64,000 bases of DNA, taken from assembly GCA_963693055.1 (NCBI GenBank), contig OY843751.1, positions 3,008,001 through 3,072,000 on the forward strand, read 5' to 3'. Under the pieces are notes generated by a model. It was given only the letters and a program-made list of their open reading frames with translations. It was not told where the DNA came from and did not search any database. The DNA comes from a bacterium. GTDB lineage: Bacteria > Zhuqueibacterota > Zhuqueibacteria > Residuimicrobiales > Krinioviventaceae. A program made the position numbers and the translations under genes. Positions 19,036-28,733 of this stretch are shown here, one piece after another (within the stretch, counting starts at the first letter, position 1; each line of letters opens with the position of its first letter).

Positions 19036-21354
19036 TCACGATGTTTTTTGAAAAACCTGAAATGTTATAGTTTCCTTAAAGCCATCCTGGTCCTGTACAG
19101 TTAATTGATGAATACCGGGATCAAGAGAAACCGGGAAATTGTGTATATCCTGTGTTTCACGCAGATACTTTCCATCAAGATACCAAAAGATACGAGAAGA
19201 AGGATTATGATGTTTCGCAGAAAAAACTATTTTTTCAAGCTTGCCATCAAAATCTCTGGGCACAAGAATCTTTATTCCACTTAAAGGGTAAATCAATTCC
19301 AAATTAGTGATATTTTGCTGAACAGGACAATTCCGTGCATGGTTGGGTATTTCATCACAATGCACCCCCTGTTTTTCCAACACTTCTTTAACAAGTGGCG
19401 GTACAACATACAAATTAACAGATGTTGTTTGTTTATTGTGCCAGCATAAAGAACAAACAGCATCACCGTTTTTTTCATCAACAATATATTGTTGATGAAA
19501 TGGACAATAACCTGGGATATAGCTGTTTTTAGGACGTTCAATCAATACCGTTTCAGAACAATCAGGTCCTGCAGGGTAACCACTCTGTTTACAGCATTCT
19601 ATTAGAACCAAATCATCCTTGGGTTTATCAAACCAGATCTCTTTTTGAGGATCAGTCAAAGCATTGAACAAATCAAACATCATGGGTGCAGCACACGAAG
19701 CGCCGCTGATTGAAGCGTTCCCTTCGCCGGTAAAATTACCAACCCACACTCCAATGGTCCATTGTTTATTTACACCAATGGCCCAACCATCTTTTTGACC
19801 ATAGCTTGTACCAGTCTTCCAGGCAACAGGCACCTGGTCATTAAAACGCTGCCAGTAATATTCAGAACCGGGACGCTGAAGATATTTAAGCGTTTCCAGG
19901 ATCTGCCACGAGCTCCCTTTGCTATAAAGTTGCAGATCACCTTCAGTTGCCTGATTATTTTTATACGTGACAGGTACATGCTTACCCATATTACCCAACT
20001 CGACATATAATTGTAGCAACTCCCACAAGCTTGCTTCTGCTCCTCCCAAAATGAGTGACAAACCATATCCATCAGGAGATCTGAACAAATGTTTGAATCC
20101 TGCTTGCTGTAAAAAGAAATAAAAGTCATTAATGCCATATTGGTTCAACAATCGCACAGCCGGCACATTCAATGATTTTACAAGCATTTCTTCGATTGTA
20201 ACCAATCCGTGAAAAGTTTTAGTTGCATTTTGTGGCGCAAATGTACCATAAAATGTGGGTACATCTTTTAAAACAGATTGGATAGTAAATGGCCCCCTAT
20301 CCAGCACATTTGCCGCAAGAAAGGGTTTTAGCAAACTACCAGTTGATCGGGAAGAAATTACACCATCAACCTGGCCTTGATTATCATTATCAAAAAAATC
20401 GTGGGAGCCCACATACGCACTAACGTTACCTGAACCGGTTTCGGCAATTAAAAGTGCAGCATTTTTTATCCCCATTGAAGATAACCAATTATAGTTAGCA
20501 TCCATCATCTGTTCAGCAATAGCTTGCACATCCAGATCGAGGGTTGTATGGATTAAATCCTGGGTTGATTCATTTTGTTTTACAAATTCGGTAAAATGAG
20601 GTGCTAGAAATGGCAGCTTTTTGGTACCAGTAGGTAGCGGTTCATCACAAGCAATCAAATAATCCGTTTTATCAATAATATTAGTATTGAATAATTTCAA
20701 GAGTAAGGTATTACGCTTATTAAAAAGTTGCTCCCTACCCTTTTCCAGATTCAATAAACCGGGTGAATTGGGCAAGACTACAAAAAGCGCAGCTTCAGCC
20801 CAGGTTAATTCAGAAAGGGGTTTATTATAGTAACAATAAGATGCTGCGGAAATACCAACAATGTTGCTTCCCATGGGCACATGCGCGGCATAATATTTTA
20901 AAATATCATTTTTAGACACATGTACAGAATAACGGAATGCCTGCGCGCATTCCAATAGTTTATTTAGCACAGTTCTTGGCTTGGGTTTGGCTAGTCGAGC
21001 AACCTGCATGGTTATTGTACTGCCACCACGTTTCACACTACCCGATTTTATATTAATAAAAGCTGCATTAACAATTGCTTTAACATCAAAACCAGGATGT
21101 CTGTAAAAACGTTTATCCTCAAAGAGTATTAATGATTTGACATATTTATCAGGAAGGACCATCTCTTCCATGGGGAAACGGTACTGCTCATCACTGCTCA
21201 AAAAAGCACGTATTAACCGATTTTCCTGATCAAAAACAAGAGTAGAGTAATCACATTGAAAGATATGTACAGGCCTGTATATCCAAATCAGGTAAATTAA
21301 AACCAGAATAAATACAGGCCCATATAAATTTAAATACTTTTTAGAGAGACTCAT
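19036..21354 (-). CDS. pbpC: Penicillin-binding protein 1C
   Basis: EDKRFYRHPG, RGGSTITMQ, SLLK (SxxK), SLN, KTG, C-terminal BiPBP domain; adjacent to A2M. Confidence 0.93.
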   Translation of the reverse strand: MSLSKKYLNLYGPVFILVLIYLIWIYRPVHIFQCDYSTLVFDQENRLIRAFLSSDEQYRFPMEEMVLPDKYVKSLILFEDKRFYRHPGFDVKAIVNAAFINIKSGSVKRGGSTITMQVARLAKPKPRTVLNKLLECAQAFRYSVHVSKNDILKYYAAHVPMGSNIVGISAASYCYYNKPLSELTWAEAALFVVLPNSPGLLNLEKGREQLFNKRNTLLLKLFNTNIIDKTDYLIACDEPLPTGTKKLPFLAPHFTEFVKQNESTQDLIHTTLDLDVQAIAEQMMDANYNWLSSMGIKNAALLIAETGSGNVSAYVGSHDFFDNDNQGQVDGVISSRSTGSLLKPFLAANVLDRGPFTIQSVLKDVPTFYGTFAPQNATKTFHGLVTIEEMLVKSLNVPAVRLLNQYGINDFYFFLQQAGFKHLFRSPDGYGLSLILGGAEASLWELLQLYVELGNMGKHVPVTYKNNQATEGDLQLYSKGSSWQILETLKYLQRPGSEYYWQRFNDQVPVAWKTGTSYGQKDGWAIGVNKQWTIGVWVGNFTGEGNASISGASCAAPMMFDLFNALTDPQKEIWFDKPKDDLVLIECCKQSGYPAGPDCSETVLIERPKNSYIPGYCPFHQQYIVDEKNGDAVCSLCWHNKQTTSVNLYVVPPLVKEVLEKQGVHCDEIPNHARNCPVQQNITNLELIYPLSGIKILVPRDFDGKLEKIVFSAKHHNPSSRIFWYLDGKYLRETQDIHNFPVSLDPGIHQLTVQDQDGFKETITFQVFQKTS

Positions 21355-24300
21355 TTATTTTACAACAGTCTCATCACCGGCCAAACGAGCGTAATATTCG
21401 GGAGAATACATGGCCTCAACTACCACCGGAGGTATGCGATAGGTGCCTTTGAATGTGGGATTCAAATGGGCGGCAAAAACAACCTCTCGGTATTTGGGTA
21501 AATCAAAGAACCAATTGATACGATCATCACGTATATCCATATAATCGCCGCTGGCAGGATTATTCTTTTTTACCCACTGCGGTAATTCTTCACCATTTAC
21601 ACGATGGTTGATAATCTCCCAGCCAGCAGGAAAAATACTGCTCAATGCCAGCTCTTCAAGCGTACCAACATATTCACTTTTGACTTTATAGATTACCCAA
21701 AAAGATTTGCCCTGTTCCAGATCCTTAACAGAAATGGGATATCCCTCTTCATTGTAAAATTTACGGTCAACCAGAATCCCCTGAGTTTCTGTTCTTATGC
21801 GATCTGTTACAGGAATACCTTCAACCTGCAATGACACATAAACAGGATCACTGCTCTTTGTTGTAACGGTAATTTGTTTATTCAAAGCATTAGAAATATC
21901 TAATACCTGCTGTGCTTGCTGTAATTCTACATCTTTAAACTTTTTACCATCAACACTGACTGTAAATTTAACATCGCCACCATTTCCAGGTGTTTTTGCA
22001 TACAATTCACTTGCTGCCAGCAATACTATTGCTGTTTCCTGAGTAGAATGCCAGCTTTTTGCTGAAAAACCATCAAATACCTTTTTAAGGATGAATGAAG
22101 CTGTTTTTGTATCATCCATTTGTAAGCATAGGTATGCAATCATTGCCCGGTCACGCAAGTCAGATCCATAGGTACCACCCATCTCGCGATAGGGTTTAAT
22201 TTGCCATTGTGACTGGTCGACTTGCTTTGCCGCTTCCTTTTGACCGGCTAAATAATAGGCGGTTGCCAGGAACTTACGTGACAAAGGATCAAGATCATCA
22301 AGGTTATTCTCCCTTAACAAGTTCATGGCACCCATATCCGGTTTTTCAGCAAGAGATAACAAATACAAACGATAAGATTGGTACCGATGATTTAATATAT
22401 TTGTAGTCCTTGCCATTTGTTTAGAACTGCTAATCCAGTGATTGTAGAGATTATCCGGCACATAATATCCTTTTCGTTTTGCTAGAATCAAAAAATGTCC
22501 GGCATAACTGGTTGCCCAGTCATTATAATCATATCGATAATAGGATGAAAGTGGCCAGTAAGAGAAACCGCGTGACAACTTAAATGAAGCAAGTCGCTCT
22601 ATGGCGTTATTTACATTTTGAGTAATCATGGATTTTTGGTGATCTCTAACATTAATCAGATCATCAAGAAACAATTGTGGAAATGCGGATGATACGGTCT
22701 GTTCTAAACATCCATAGGGATATCGAATTAAATATTGCAGGCGCTCATCAACATTCAGATTCGGGATTTTTGAAAAAACAAGTTTTGCTGCATTGGTTCC
22801 TTCATAACCAAAAGGTTTGGGAGCCAAAACCAGGTCAGCACCTTTTACAAGCAAAGTATCCAGAACGTCTGTGTAATATGGATTTGGACTTGAAACAGGT
22901 AATTCTACAGTATAATCCGCGGAAAACTCTCCGGAAATTGCTTTGATTATTAACGTGTCTGCTCCTATACGATTTCCAACTTTGACCTTAAAATTAACAG
23001 CATCATCACCAATATTGGTAAAAGTTAATTTCTTTGATGCTCCATCTAATACAGTCATATTTGATGTAGTTGATAATTGAACAGTAACATCCCTTACACG
23101 TTCATCCATTGCAAAAACAGTAACAGGCAAATCAAATGTATCACCCGGGCGGCCTACACGGGGTACGGTGGGCAATACCATTAACGGTTGCTTGACAGGA
23201 ATGGTCTCTTCTAGAGATACATAGCTATTTCCACTTGTCCCTACAACCATTACTTTAACCGAACCCACATAGTTGGGCATTGTAAAAGAGGATTCAAGAG
23301 TTTCACCGGGTTTAATTTCAATGGGTTCCTGGAACAATACAACAGGTTTAAAGCGCTTCACCTGGGCTTTGTCCATTCGTTTTAAACGGGCTTCTTCCAG
23401 CATGCCTCCGCCAATAGTAAAGTACTGGTCCATATCAGGGAACAGCATACCAAAAATCTCATCAAAGTTATCCAATGTTTGAACAGCCAGCATTATTTTC
23501 TGATAAAAATAATCCCAGGGAGATGGTGTATCAAATGCAGTTATATCCAGTAATCCTTCATCAACAATAGCTATTGTTACCGATGATGTTTTTGAAGCAT
23601 TGGAATGGATCTTGACTGAAAAATCCTGTTTGGGTTCTAATGATTCAGGTACCGATAACGACAATGGCAAACGAGAATCTGCATTTTCAACGTAAATAGG
23701 TTTTACGCCATACATTCTCAAGGGCAGATCATTATCATCCTGAGTTTGCGGTTGAACTATAAATATAGAAGCATACACATTGGGTACCATTTCATCATTC
23801 AGTTCTATTTTGAATTGGGTCTGATTACCTGAAATCTCTTTCCACTCGTGATGCAAAACCTGGTTACCTTGCTCAATTGTCAGGACTGCAATACCTTTAG
23901 AAGGTGTATCAAAAGACAGTTCAGCCGTATCACCAGCTTTATAGACATTTTGATCAGAACTAATTTGCAGAAAATTCCGCTCATCTGTCTCTTGCGCTAC
24001 AACTCCCCTGCTCCATTTGCTAACATAGAAAAAGAAGCCGGTTTGATGTCCCGACTCTTCATCTGTCACTTCAATATAATGTCTTCCATAATCCTCAATT
24101 TTAATTGAATGATTAAATGGCTGATTGGTAGATGTATAAAGTTCAGTAGAAATTTTAAATGTTGAACTCGCTTTTTTGAAATTTCTTCTGTCTTCATCAT
24201 CATAGTGCCACCACCAGTGGCCCTGTCCAACAAAAGTTTCAACTTTTAATTTACGACCGGAAACAGCATTTCCTTCCTGATCTACGGCGACTATTGGGAT

Positions 24301-26856
24301 TTGATAAGATTCACCAAAACTGGCGTTGCCATATTCAAATACATTTTTAATTCCGCAATAACTTTCAAAAGGTGAAAGTGTAACAATTTTAAAATTATCG
24401 GTAAAGCCACCACCTTTTTCATAGACTGTTGAATGCAAAGAACAGCGTACAAGTGCATTAGCCCGATCCAGAGAATCAAAAGTATAGTTGATGATGGTTT
24501 GCCCCTGATCATCAAGATTCTTTTCAATTATATTTTTAAACTGCTGATTGAACGATTTAAGAGGAGATTCAAATATAAAACCAGGAAAAGAGCTGGAAGT
24601 TAAAGACTTGTGTGTTAACACGGCTTCAATTCTGGTTTTCAAATTAGCCGCAGGTGCACCAAAAAGATATTTAGATGTTAAAGTGCCTTTCAAAGCAATT
24701 GGGCGTCCGGAAAGAAAGTCAGGTACATCTGTATATACTTTTAAACGGTTGGGTTTTATAGTCTCTATTTTAAGATTTTTGGAAAAATGTTGATCAGCAA
24801 TATCCAGCATTGCCGTCCAATCCCCTGTGGGATCAGTTAATTCAGTAGGTATAGGAAAATACACATGCCCATTAGGACCGCATTGTGTTTTACGCTCAAG
24901 TACCTGCTGACCTCTTGAATTTTTCACTTTGAGAATAACCGGCTGATTCTCTGGCGGGTTTTTTTTATCAAAACGAATGATTGCAGAAAAATGAACGGTA
25001 TCACCGGGACGATGAACACCTCTATCCGTATACATAAAAGCATCAATTCCGCTTTTTGATCCTGCATGACCGGCAATATCAAAAGAATTCATTTCCCAGC
25101 CAGGATGGTCCAATTTGACCAATGCTATACCGGAATTGTCAATACCATAAAGATATGATCCCTTTTCTTTAAAAAAGACATAACCACTTGAATTGGTAGT
25201 ACCTGTTTCCAAAGGTTTGTTTTGATAACTGTACATAGTCAACTTTAATCCTGATGCCGGCTTGGCAGTCAAAACATCAATTGCCTGCACATGCACTCCA
25301 TCACCGGCTTTTTTAACAGCCAAACCAATGTTGGAGGAAATCAACAACTTGTTGGAATTTCCACGGGAATAATAATAGCCATATTGGGTAGGATTGTTGT
25401 AATAATCATCACCGGAGAAATACAATGTATTATCGGCAATTTCATTTTTACGATTGACCGGTCTTCCGGTAAGGTCATCTTTATTGAAATTTAGTTGTAC
25501 AACAAATGCCGAGTTTTTTTTGTTTTTTAAGATTAGACCAAGATCGAATTCTGTCTTAATCCATTGGTTCTTTTGTGTTGTTATGTCAAGTTTCTTTTCA
25601 TAAATGGTTTCACCAACCCGATTTATATCTCTAAATTCATTATCCCATCCATAGGGATCAGAATTCAGGCTTTTATCTTTGATCAAATTTTCCTGAATAA
25701 AAAAGCCAATATTTTGTGGAAATATCTCGTAGACTTTAACATCCATCCTGGCAATATTAACAGATTTAAATTGTAATTTAAAATCATTGGATGCGGGTAA
25801 ATATACTCCCTTTGAAAGCCATTCGATTTCGGGTTTAATATTATCCAAAGAAAATTTTTGCGTAAAGTCATCTTTTAACAAAGTACCATATATGGATGGG
25901 AATCCTTTAGTAATGGTAATCTGGTATTCTATACCCGGAACAAAAGCACCATTGACTTGCAAATATTTAGACTGGATCTTTAATTTATGTTCAACCTGTG
26001 GAGATATTCTGACAAACCCGGAAAGATCAGTATTCGATTTTATAGGTTCATTAAAGCGAAAACCATAGGTATATAGCTTTGAATCGGGATCGCTCATATC
26101 CATATCACCAACAACCCGAAACTCGTCAATTCCGGCAAGTATAAAAGAGTAAGACCAATCATTATTATCTGCCGTATATGATTTTGGCAATGAGAAAACA
26201 AGACTTTTGCCCTGACGTGTGCGGTTCATTTTTTCGGTTACTACAGCTACCTGATTATTTGCACCGGAAATCTTTAAATCAAAATCAATTTTTCCAGAGG
26301 GTCCCTTAATCGTTAGATCTTTTTTTAGCCGATCAAGTTCTATATCCTGCGAAAATGTAATAACTCCCGCAAATTGAACGACATTCTGCATTTCCGGAAC
26401 CGGTGCAAAATCACCCGTTACATTTACAATTTCCTGCTCCGCAACTTTGAATGTGAATTCAAAATCATCTACCTGTGCTTGTTCGCCAAATGCAATTTTA
26501 CCATTAAACACACCTTTAACTGTTTTACCGGGAGGTAATTGAGTTTCAGCATTAAAAACAATCAGACGCGTATTAAGCCATGTAGCGGTTCCCTTAATTC
26601 GTGGATCAAAAGAAAAAGGATTATGATCCAATTCATTTCCCACAAAATGTTCCGAAACTATAGGATCTCTGAACTGAATTTCTATCCGGGTTTTAGATGA
26701 TACCAAAGAAGGAGGATATTTTACAATTTCGTTCTTTAATTCGATTGTATCCTTTTGCAGGGCAACACCCGGACTTGATTGTTCTTTATGTTGAGGTTTC
26801 TCCTGACATGACAAAAGCAACAAAGCAATAAACAGAAACGCTAACAGTTTTTTCAT
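21355..26856 (-). CDS. Bacterial alpha-2-macroglobulin lipoprotein
   Basis: LLLSC lipobox, TDRGVHRPGD, AIVDEG, thioester motif YPYGCLEQ, DIRDDR, EAMYSP. Confidence 0.93.
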   Translation of the reverse strand: MKKLLAFLFIALLLLSCQEKPQHKEQSSPGVALQKDTIELKNEIVKYPPSLVSSKTRIEIQFRDPIVSEHFVGNELDHNPFSFDPRIKGTATWLNTRLIVFNAETQLPPGKTVKGVFNGKIAFGEQAQVDDFEFTFKVAEQEIVNVTGDFAPVPEMQNVVQFAGVITFSQDIELDRLKKDLTIKGPSGKIDFDLKISGANNQVAVVTEKMNRTRQGKSLVFSLPKSYTADNNDWSYSFILAGIDEFRVVGDMDMSDPDSKLYTYGFRFNEPIKSNTDLSGFVRISPQVEHKLKIQSKYLQVNGAFVPGIEYQITITKGFPSIYGTLLKDDFTQKFSLDNIKPEIEWLSKGVYLPASNDFKLQFKSVNIARMDVKVYEIFPQNIGFFIQENLIKDKSLNSDPYGWDNEFRDINRVGETIYEKKLDITTQKNQWIKTEFDLGLILKNKKNSAFVVQLNFNKDDLTGRPVNRKNEIADNTLYFSGDDYYNNPTQYGYYYSRGNSNKLLISSNIGLAVKKAGDGVHVQAIDVLTAKPASGLKLTMYSYQNKPLETGTTNSSGYVFFKEKGSYLYGIDNSGIALVKLDHPGWEMNSFDIAGHAGSKSGIDAFMYTDRGVHRPGDTVHFSAIIRFDKKNPPENQPVILKVKNSRGQQVLERKTQCGPNGHVYFPIPTELTDPTGDWTAMLDIADQHFSKNLKIETIKPNRLKVYTDVPDFLSGRPIALKGTLTSKYLFGAPAANLKTRIEAVLTHKSLTSSSFPGFIFESPLKSFNQQFKNIIEKNLDDQGQTIINYTFDSLDRANALVRCSLHSTVYEKGGGFTDNFKIVTLSPFESYCGIKNVFEYGNASFGESYQIPIVAVDQEGNAVSGRKLKVETFVGQGHWWWHYDDEDRRNFKKASSTFKISTELYTSTNQPFNHSIKIEDYGRHYIEVTDEESGHQTGFFFYVSKWSRGVVAQETDERNFLQISSDQNVYKAGDTAELSFDTPSKGIAVLTIEQGNQVLHHEWKEISGNQTQFKIELNDEMVPNVYASIFIVQPQTQDDNDLPLRMYGVKPIYVENADSRLPLSLSVPESLEPKQDFSVKIHSNASKTSSVTIAIVDEGLLDITAFDTPSPWDYFYQKIMLAVQTLDNFDEIFGMLFPDMDQYFTIGGGMLEEARLKRMDKAQVKRFKPVVLFQEPIEIKPGETLESSFTMPNYVGSVKVMVVGTSGNSYVSLEETIPVKQPLMVLPTVPRVGRPGDTFDLPVTVFAMDERVRDVTVQLSTTSNMTVLDGASKKLTFTNIGDDAVNFKVKVGNRIGADTLIIKAISGEFSADYTVELPVSSPNPYYTDVLDTLLVKGADLVLAPKPFGYEGTNAAKLVFSKIPNLNVDERLQYLIRYPYGCLEQTVSSAFPQLFLDDLINVRDHQKSMITQNVNNAIERLASFKLSRGFSYWPLSSYYRYDYNDWATSYAGHFLILAKRKGYYVPDNLYNHWISSSKQMARTTNILNHRYQSYRLYLLSLAEKPDMGAMNLLRENNLDDLDPLSRKFLATAYYLAGQKEAAKQVDQSQWQIKPYREMGGTYGSDLRDRAMIAYLCLQMDDTKTASFILKKVFDGFSAKSWHSTQETAIVLLAASELYAKTPGNGGDVKFTVSVDGKKFKDVELQQAQQVLDISNALNKQITVTTKSSDPVYVSLQVEGIPVTDRIRTETQGILVDRKFYNEEGYPISVKDLEQGKSFWVIYKVKSEYVGTLEELALSSIFPAGWEIINHRVNGEELPQWVKKNNPASGDYMDIRDDRINWFFDLPKYREVVFAAHLNPTFKGTYRIPPVVVEAMYSPEYYARLAGDETVVK

Positions 26857-26879
26857 GATAATTCCAATGTTAGAATAAA

Positions 26880-27584
26880 TTATTGTTCGGATTTATTATT
26901 CTCAATATCCTGAATAAGATCCAGATTTTCAATGGTTACATGCTCCGGTGCAACAGCACCCCCGGAAACGATAAAAGTCATGGCTTCATCAACAGACCAG
27001 GTTGTAGAGATCACCTTATCCATTGGTACTATTTCAAGATACCCCGAAGTTGGATTTGGAGTTGTAGGGATATATACTGCAGCTAATTTTTGTCCCGTAT
27101 GTTCATCGGTAAAAGTACGAGTTACAAATCCTACAACCTTCATCTCTTTATGAGGAAAGTCAACCAACACAACCCGCTGAACACCGTCGGGTTTTTGTTC
27201 AAGAGCGGAAACAAGTTTTTTTGATGAACCATAAATATTCTTAACAAAAGGTATCTGGTTAACTATGGCATCAAACCAGGACAAAATTCGTTTACCAAAT
27301 ACCTGTGTTGCTACAAATCCTAGAATATTAATTGAAACAATGACAAGTATAATTGCAACAAGTGTTGTAAACCATGGATGTAACAACCAATTTGCTATTT
27401 GAGGAGAATACGGCTGTATTATTGAAACTACCCCTTGAACAGCAGGTTCTCCAACCTTAATTATAAGATCCAGCAAAAACTTGACAATAACAAAGGTAAT
27501 TGCTATGGGTATTATTGTAAGCATACCAGCAATAAAATGCCTTCGAATTTTGGCAAATAACCGGGCTTTATGTTTTTGTATCAT
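26880..27584 (-). CDS. DUF502 membrane protein
   Basis: IPFVKNIYGSSK and VYIPTTPNPTSG; start at MIQKHK after GGAG. Confidence 0.88.
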   Translation of the reverse strand: MIQKHKARLFAKIRRHFIAGMLTIIPIAITFVIVKFLLDLIIKVGEPAVQGVVSIIQPYSPQIANWLLHPWFTTLVAIILVIVSINILGFVATQVFGKRILSWFDAIVNQIPFVKNIYGSSKKLVSALEQKPDGVQRVVLVDFPHKEMKVVGFVTRTFTDEHTGQKLAAVYIPTTPNPTSGYLEIVPMDKVISTTWSVDEAMTFIVSGGAVAPEHVTIENLDLIQDIENNKSEQ

Positions 27585-27639
27585 TATTTCTCCATTATCG
27601 ACAATATCTGCGCCGGCAAACAACGACTATCCCGGATGT

Positions 27640-28350
27640 TTAATTCTCGGCCTGAGCTCTTAGGTCAGGAAGCAATACAATCTCAATTCTACGATTCTGG
27701 CTGCGACCCTCTGCTGTTTCATTACTGGCAACAGGATGAAATTCAGCAAGACCAACAGACTCGAGACGAGTGGGTTCAATTTCTACAGTTTCTTGCAAGA
27801 AACGAACCACATTTGAGGCTCTCGCATTTGATAGTTCCCAGTTTGTGGGATATTTTAATTTTAATTTTGAACTAATTGGAACATCATCCGTATGGCCTTC
27901 AACCCGTATTATTTTATTTTCAGTATTTTTTAAAACATTCCCCACACGTTCCAAAACTTTAACGCCTTCTAAAGTTATATCAGCTTCACCTGAAGGAAAC
28001 AAAATTTTATCAACCATGCTTACAGATAACCGGTCAGCCATTCGGGTTATTTTAATTTTCCCATCCTCAATCTCTGTTTTCATATCTTCAACCAGCTCAT
28101 CAAAAGTTCCCTTGAGTCTGGAAATTTCATCTTCTTTTTCCCTCGATATCTCAGAGATCTGGGTTTCAAGCTCTTTAACTACTGTTTCCTTTTCAGATTT
28201 CAATTTTTGAATTTCAAAATCTTTTTCCTGAATTTGATCTTTTAAATGATTAATATCATGAGCAATTTTACCATTTTCATTATAGAAATAAAAACCTGCC
28301 AAAGCCAGTAATAGTGCAATAATTGCAACTATTATCAGTGCAATTCTCAT
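27640..28350 (-). CDS. MotB/OmpA-family peptidoglycan-binding membrane protein with coiled coil
   Basis: N-terminal TM helix, coiled coil, ILFPSG, VEGHTD, TNWELSNARA, NRRIEI. Confidence 0.85.
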   Translation of the reverse strand: MRIALIIVAIIALLLALAGFYFYNENGKIAHDINHLKDQIQEKDFEIQKLKSEKETVVKELETQISEISREKEDEISRLKGTFDELVEDMKTEIEDGKIKITRMADRLSVSMVDKILFPSGEADITLEGVKVLERVGNVLKNTENKIIRVEGHTDDVPISSKLKLKYPTNWELSNARASNVVRFLQETVEIEPTRLESVGLAEFHPVASNETAEGRSQNRRIEIVLLPDLRAQAEN

Positions 28351-28468
28351 AAAGCTCTCCTTTCAAACATGGAAAACAATTAAAGCAAAGTTAAAAGATT
28401 ATCAGGTTAGTATTCTTGACATAAAACACAAGATTGGTAAAAAATATTCAGATTTAACAAAAAAAAGA

Positions 28469-28711
28469 TTATTCAAACAAATCCCCCTGAATATCAGACG
28501 ACTTGTTTGATGATTGAGATTTCAAAGTTTCAATTCGTTCTTCAAGCGCTTCAATTATAAGATAATGATCTCCGGACATGAGCTTGCAATCAAATTTATT
28601 TTCAAGATCGGCAAGCGTTTCATCCAAATTCAAATAGCATATTTGCAGCGCTTTTAAATCATGAAATTTAGACCAGTATTGGTCCCAGTTGGGTAAACGT
28701 GTTTTGGCCAT
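28469..28711 (-). CDS. Hypothetical 80-aa protein
   Basis: GGAG RBS; fills the gap after the M23 gene; ends QGDLFE. Confidence 0.65.
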   Translation of the reverse strand: MAKTRLPNWDQYWSKFHDLKALQICYLNLDETLADLENKFDCKLMSGDHYLIIEALEERIETLKSQSSNKSSDIQGDLFE

Positions 28712-28733
28712 GTTTAGCTCCTAACAGAATGCA

